DNA of 50,887 bases from Octopus bimaculoides (Eukaryota), in contig NC_068981.1 in the NCBI RefSeq assembly GCF_001194135.2, forward strand, positions 181,904,240 through 181,955,126, in the 5' to 3' direction. Of the stretch, positions 47,490-50,887 are shown in pieces. Both the position numbers and the translations under genes were made by a program. The notes beneath the pieces are model-generated. The model saw nothing but the letters and a program-made list of their open reading frames with translations, had not been told where the DNA came from and made no database searches. Within the stretch, counting starts at the first letter, position 1, and every line of letters starts with the position of its first letter.

Positions 47490-48900
47490 GAATCTAAATC
47501 AATTTCATAATCATCAATATGGATTTTATAAAACCAGATCTACTGGAGACCTCGTCTTCTGTATCAATCATCAATGGGCTTTCAACTGAGAGAAATTTAG
47601 TGGAAACATTGCTGTCCTCCACATCAGCAAAATTGTTGATCATATCTGGCATGTAGGTAGGAGACATTTTGGCATTGCTAATTCAGTGCTGACTTATTTG
47701 ACATCAGACATTTTAATGTTTCTTTTGTTCTTTCCTTCCTCTTTCTCTCTGTTTGTCTTGGAGCATATTTCTCTTTATGTGTATGAAGAGAGGGTAATTA
47801 TTTCTGTCAGTTATATTCAATTAGAGAATTGTAATTTCCCTTTCTTACCCCCCCCCCTCTCTTTCTCTCTCTGTTGCATACATGTATGTTTGATTCCAGT
47901 GCCAAAGAGTGCTGTCACCAAATCAGGCTGAATGTTCTGTGCCAAATTCTCATTCTGCTGGAATGTGAATCTCCTGGTAAAACTTTATGCCTAATGGCTC
48001 CTCTCTCTCTGATTGTTGCTTTCTTGTCAGATTATATTGTCATCATGGGTCATATTGATGGAGCTCTCTTTGACCCATCTTTCAATCAATGTGCTCCATC
48101 ACATTGATGGAGCAATCCTTTGACCCATCTTTCAATCAGTTTTGTCCTCTACCCTCACTACTTTACACACCAATGACCTCCTTGGAAATAATACTATCAT
48201 TCATTTCTCTCTAACCATCTATATGCATGTGTCATCCACATGGACCCTAAACAGCTCACATCATATCTAGACTAACATCAGGAACAGAGATCTTTATAGC
48301 CCCCTCCAATAGAGACGTGATAATCTTGCCTCCTTCAATGGTGCACATGCCTAATCATTATATATATCATGGAAAACGGCCCCTGCTACATCAAATACAA
48401 TCATCCAGAACCCTCAGTGTCATTATAAGCACTAGTCTTCACCATTTTTGAAGATCTCTCCAGGCAAAGACACATTCACATCATAAAATCTGTGACACAA
48501 AATCTGGTCTTCTTCAAAACCAAAAGGCACTTCAGTCTCCAACAATTAACTCCTACAAAGCTTTAGCGAGGTCCACAATGCAATACTACTCATGTTCCCA
48601 CATCTAGGATGGTGTTACTGTTATGCGCACACATACTTCAGACCACATTCAAAGCAAAGCGTTGAAACCACTCACCAACACACTCCAATCTCTGGCCCAG
48701 CCCACACATCTTTTTTCCTCTTCTCTTCTGACTTTTCTATCACAGCTACAGTGGCTTCTATGCCTGGTCTTGTACCACTTCCACTCAGACATTCCCTGCT
48801 CACTCTTCTCTTTTCTCCTCACCTACATTGTGTCTACTCTGAAGCTGTCCACTAACCACCACCCAGCCACATGTGCTTAGAACAATGGCTGTTTGGTTTT
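47490..48900 (+). mobile_element. CR1/L2-type LINE reverse transcriptase remnant
   Basis: HNHQYGFYKTRSTGDLVFCINHQW...IAVLHISKIVDHIWH (cf. QYGFR..RSTGDLL...LDISKAFDRVWH); downstream part very degenerate. Confidence 0.65.
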
Positions 48901-48914
48901 CCATCTATATTATT

Positions 48915-49335
48915 AAAACGGTGAACTGGAAGAATCATTAGCATGCTGGGTAAAATACTTGGCAGCATTTTGTCCGTCTTTATGTTCTGAGTTCAAATTC
49001 CACTGTGGTTGACTTTGCCTTTCATCCTTATGGAGTTGATGGAATAAGTATCAGTAAGACACTGGAGTCGATGTAATCAACTAGTCTATGCCCCCAAATT
49101 TCAAGCCTTGTGCCTATAGGAGAGGATTATTATTAAGGCAATGCGCTGGCAGAATTGTTAGTGTGCCGAACGAAATGCTTAGCGGTATTTTGTTCCGTTG
49201 TGAGTTCAAATACTGTCGAGGTCGACTTTGCCTTTCATCCTTTCAGGATCAATAAAACAAGTATCAGTTGAACCCTGGGGTCAATGTAATCGACTCATCC
49301 CCTCCCCTAAAATTACTGCCCATGTGGAAAAATTT
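48915..49335 (+). mobile_element. Two tandem SINE family B copies
   Basis: aacggtgaactggaagaatcattagc.. and aaggcaatgcgctggcagaattgttag..gaggtcgactttgcctttcatcc. Confidence 0.78.
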
Positions 49336-50019
49336 GAAACCATTACTATTATTACTTTGTCTTGCAAATTACTTGGTGACTACTAGTGCTGGTACTAAGA
49401 TAAAGCTCCTGGTACACTCCGTAAAGTGGTTGGCATTAGGAAAGACATCCAGCAGCAGAAACCATTCCAAACCAGACAAAGTAGTTCAATCCTGTTGAAC
49501 AATCCAACCCATGTTTTCATGGAAAACAGATGTTGAATGATGGCAATGGTGTTGGTGCACAACTTCTTTTTTCTGCAACAGTTGACTGGCAACTGCTCAT
49601 GCGGAATGTTATCTGCATTAATCTCACCTGTCACAGAATCTACAATGGCTGCAGACACAGCTTTTCTTAACTAAACCAATAAAATGAAAAAATATATAAA
49701 ATATAGGGTTGGTTCTTTCCAGTTTTCTAATTAACACCAGATTAAATCTCACTTTTTGATTAATAGTCTGGCATTATAAATTAAAGGTAATTCTGTTGTG
49801 TTGATTTAAGACAGTTTTGACAGAGCATAGTGAGTGCAAACACTTTCCAACTGTAATCAGCCGTTTGTTTTTTAGGCATAGTGTATATCAAACTACATTA
49901 TCTGGTGCTGTTTCCTTAGGATCATTAATTAAACATTCATCACATCACCTTATTTCATTTGACTGTTCAGAATTGCAGATCATCAGCCAAATAGACTCTG
50001 ATAGCCTATTATTAACAGA

Positions 50020-50187
50020 GAGGCATAGCCGTATGGTAAGAAGTGTATTTCCCAACGACATAGTCTTCGGTTCAGTTCCATTGCATAGCACCTTACAAAA
50101 GTGCCGTCTTCTATAACCCTGGGCTGACCAAAGCTTTGTGAGTGATCCCTGGTAGACAAATTGAAAGAAGCCTGTGGTGTACATACA

Positions 50188-50200
<13 letters not shown>
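50020..50200 (+). mobile_element. SINE family A head
   Basis: aggcatagccgtatggtaagaag..ggttcagttcc..tgggctgaccaaagctttgtgagt..gaaagaagcc then microsatellite. Confidence 0.75.
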
Positions 50201-50223
<23 letters not shown>

Positions 50224-50419
50224 NNNNNNNNNNCACACACACACACACACACACACATCCTCGTTACATGAGAAAGCCATTGCCAAGAGGACTTACTGGA
50301 ATGATTCATGACTGTTGCCATGTGATGCCCTTATATGACTTTTAAGCCTGGCCAAGCTTTTACGCACTTTTTATTACATACTGGGCAATGGCTGGCAGAA
50401 GAGACAGGTGCCACCATAT

Positions 50420-50825
50420 GCACACTCTTAACATGTCTTTTTAGACCTCTCTAACTGGGAGGCACACCCTTCCACATTTTTACACATTCTGTTGTGGATT
50501 TTAATAGCCACATCATTGTTTAGCATGGGTCGATTTCTGTGAGAATTTTGATGACTCACCAAGTCTGCACGACTCGAACTCCTCCGCCCACAAACCACAC
50601 ACATAAGAAGCAACACTCTCACTTTCCACAGGTTCCCCCACTTCTAAGCCCCCTCCTTATTCTCTCATACTTCACTCTCTCCCTCTCAAACCTTGAACAA
50701 CCATTGTGCACTATCTTCCATCCATCACGATCTTGTGCCTCCCTCTCCCAATTGCCAGCTACAATTCCTGCCTGTATTGGAACATTTTAAGGCAATCCTT
50801 AAACCTTAATTTAGGTTTATGTGCT
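50420..50825 (-). mobile_element. RTE/BovB-like LINE ORF C-terminus with terminal C2H2 finger
   Basis: KPKLRFKDCLK / AGIVAGNWEREAQDRDGWKIVHNGCSRFERERVKYERIRRGLR / CVVCGRRSSSRADLVSHQNSHR. Confidence 0.8.
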
Positions 50826-50887
50826 GGTCTCCTGATATATATAGATATATAAATAAATAAATAAAAATATATATATATATATATATA

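Larger units (their letters stand above)
4331..50233. other. Assembly gaps (N runs) at about 4331-4703, 11061-11649, 22701-22910, 24293-24941, 34131-34997, 38627-38636, 44924-45094, 50224-50233
   Basis: Runs of n, mostly abutting microsatellites. Confidence 0.97.

Noticed and set aside
1-50887. CRISPR arrays, rRNA, snRNA, operons or prokaryotic/viral gene systems
   Set aside because: None seen; the window is intron-rich eukaryotic DNA and its recurring repeats are dispersed SINEs rather than regularly spaced arrays

Overview
Eukaryotic, AT-rich, repeat-saturated genomic DNA with N-gaps and (TA)n at both ends. The SINE/MITE/microsatellite repertoire strongly suggests a coleoid cephalopod, probably Octopus (inferred from repeat recognition, not from a search). 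The only supported host gene is a + strand ceramide synthase (CerS/LASS, CERS5/6-like). Eight GT-AG coding exons between 15302 and 42153 splice in frame to 260 aa plus stop: end of the Hox-like domain, TLC domain with intact Lag1p motif, acidic C-tail. Its 5' exons could not be located. The rest is mobile-element debris: a Tc1 (DD34E) with both TIRs, two mariner relics, RTE, BovB-like and CR1 LINE fragments, a Penelope-like fragment, hAT- and piggyBac-like MITEs, long-TIR foldback elements and several SINE families, plus an intronic initiator-tRNA pseudogene. Most interesting leads: two related short nested-palindrome elements sharing a 19-bp core, a fossil hammerhead ribozyme motif, and a cryptic acceptor mimicking the start of the next CerS exon that could give a homeodomain-only isoform. 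Coordinates were counted by eye and repeat boundaries are approximate. No clearly novel multi-gene system is supported.
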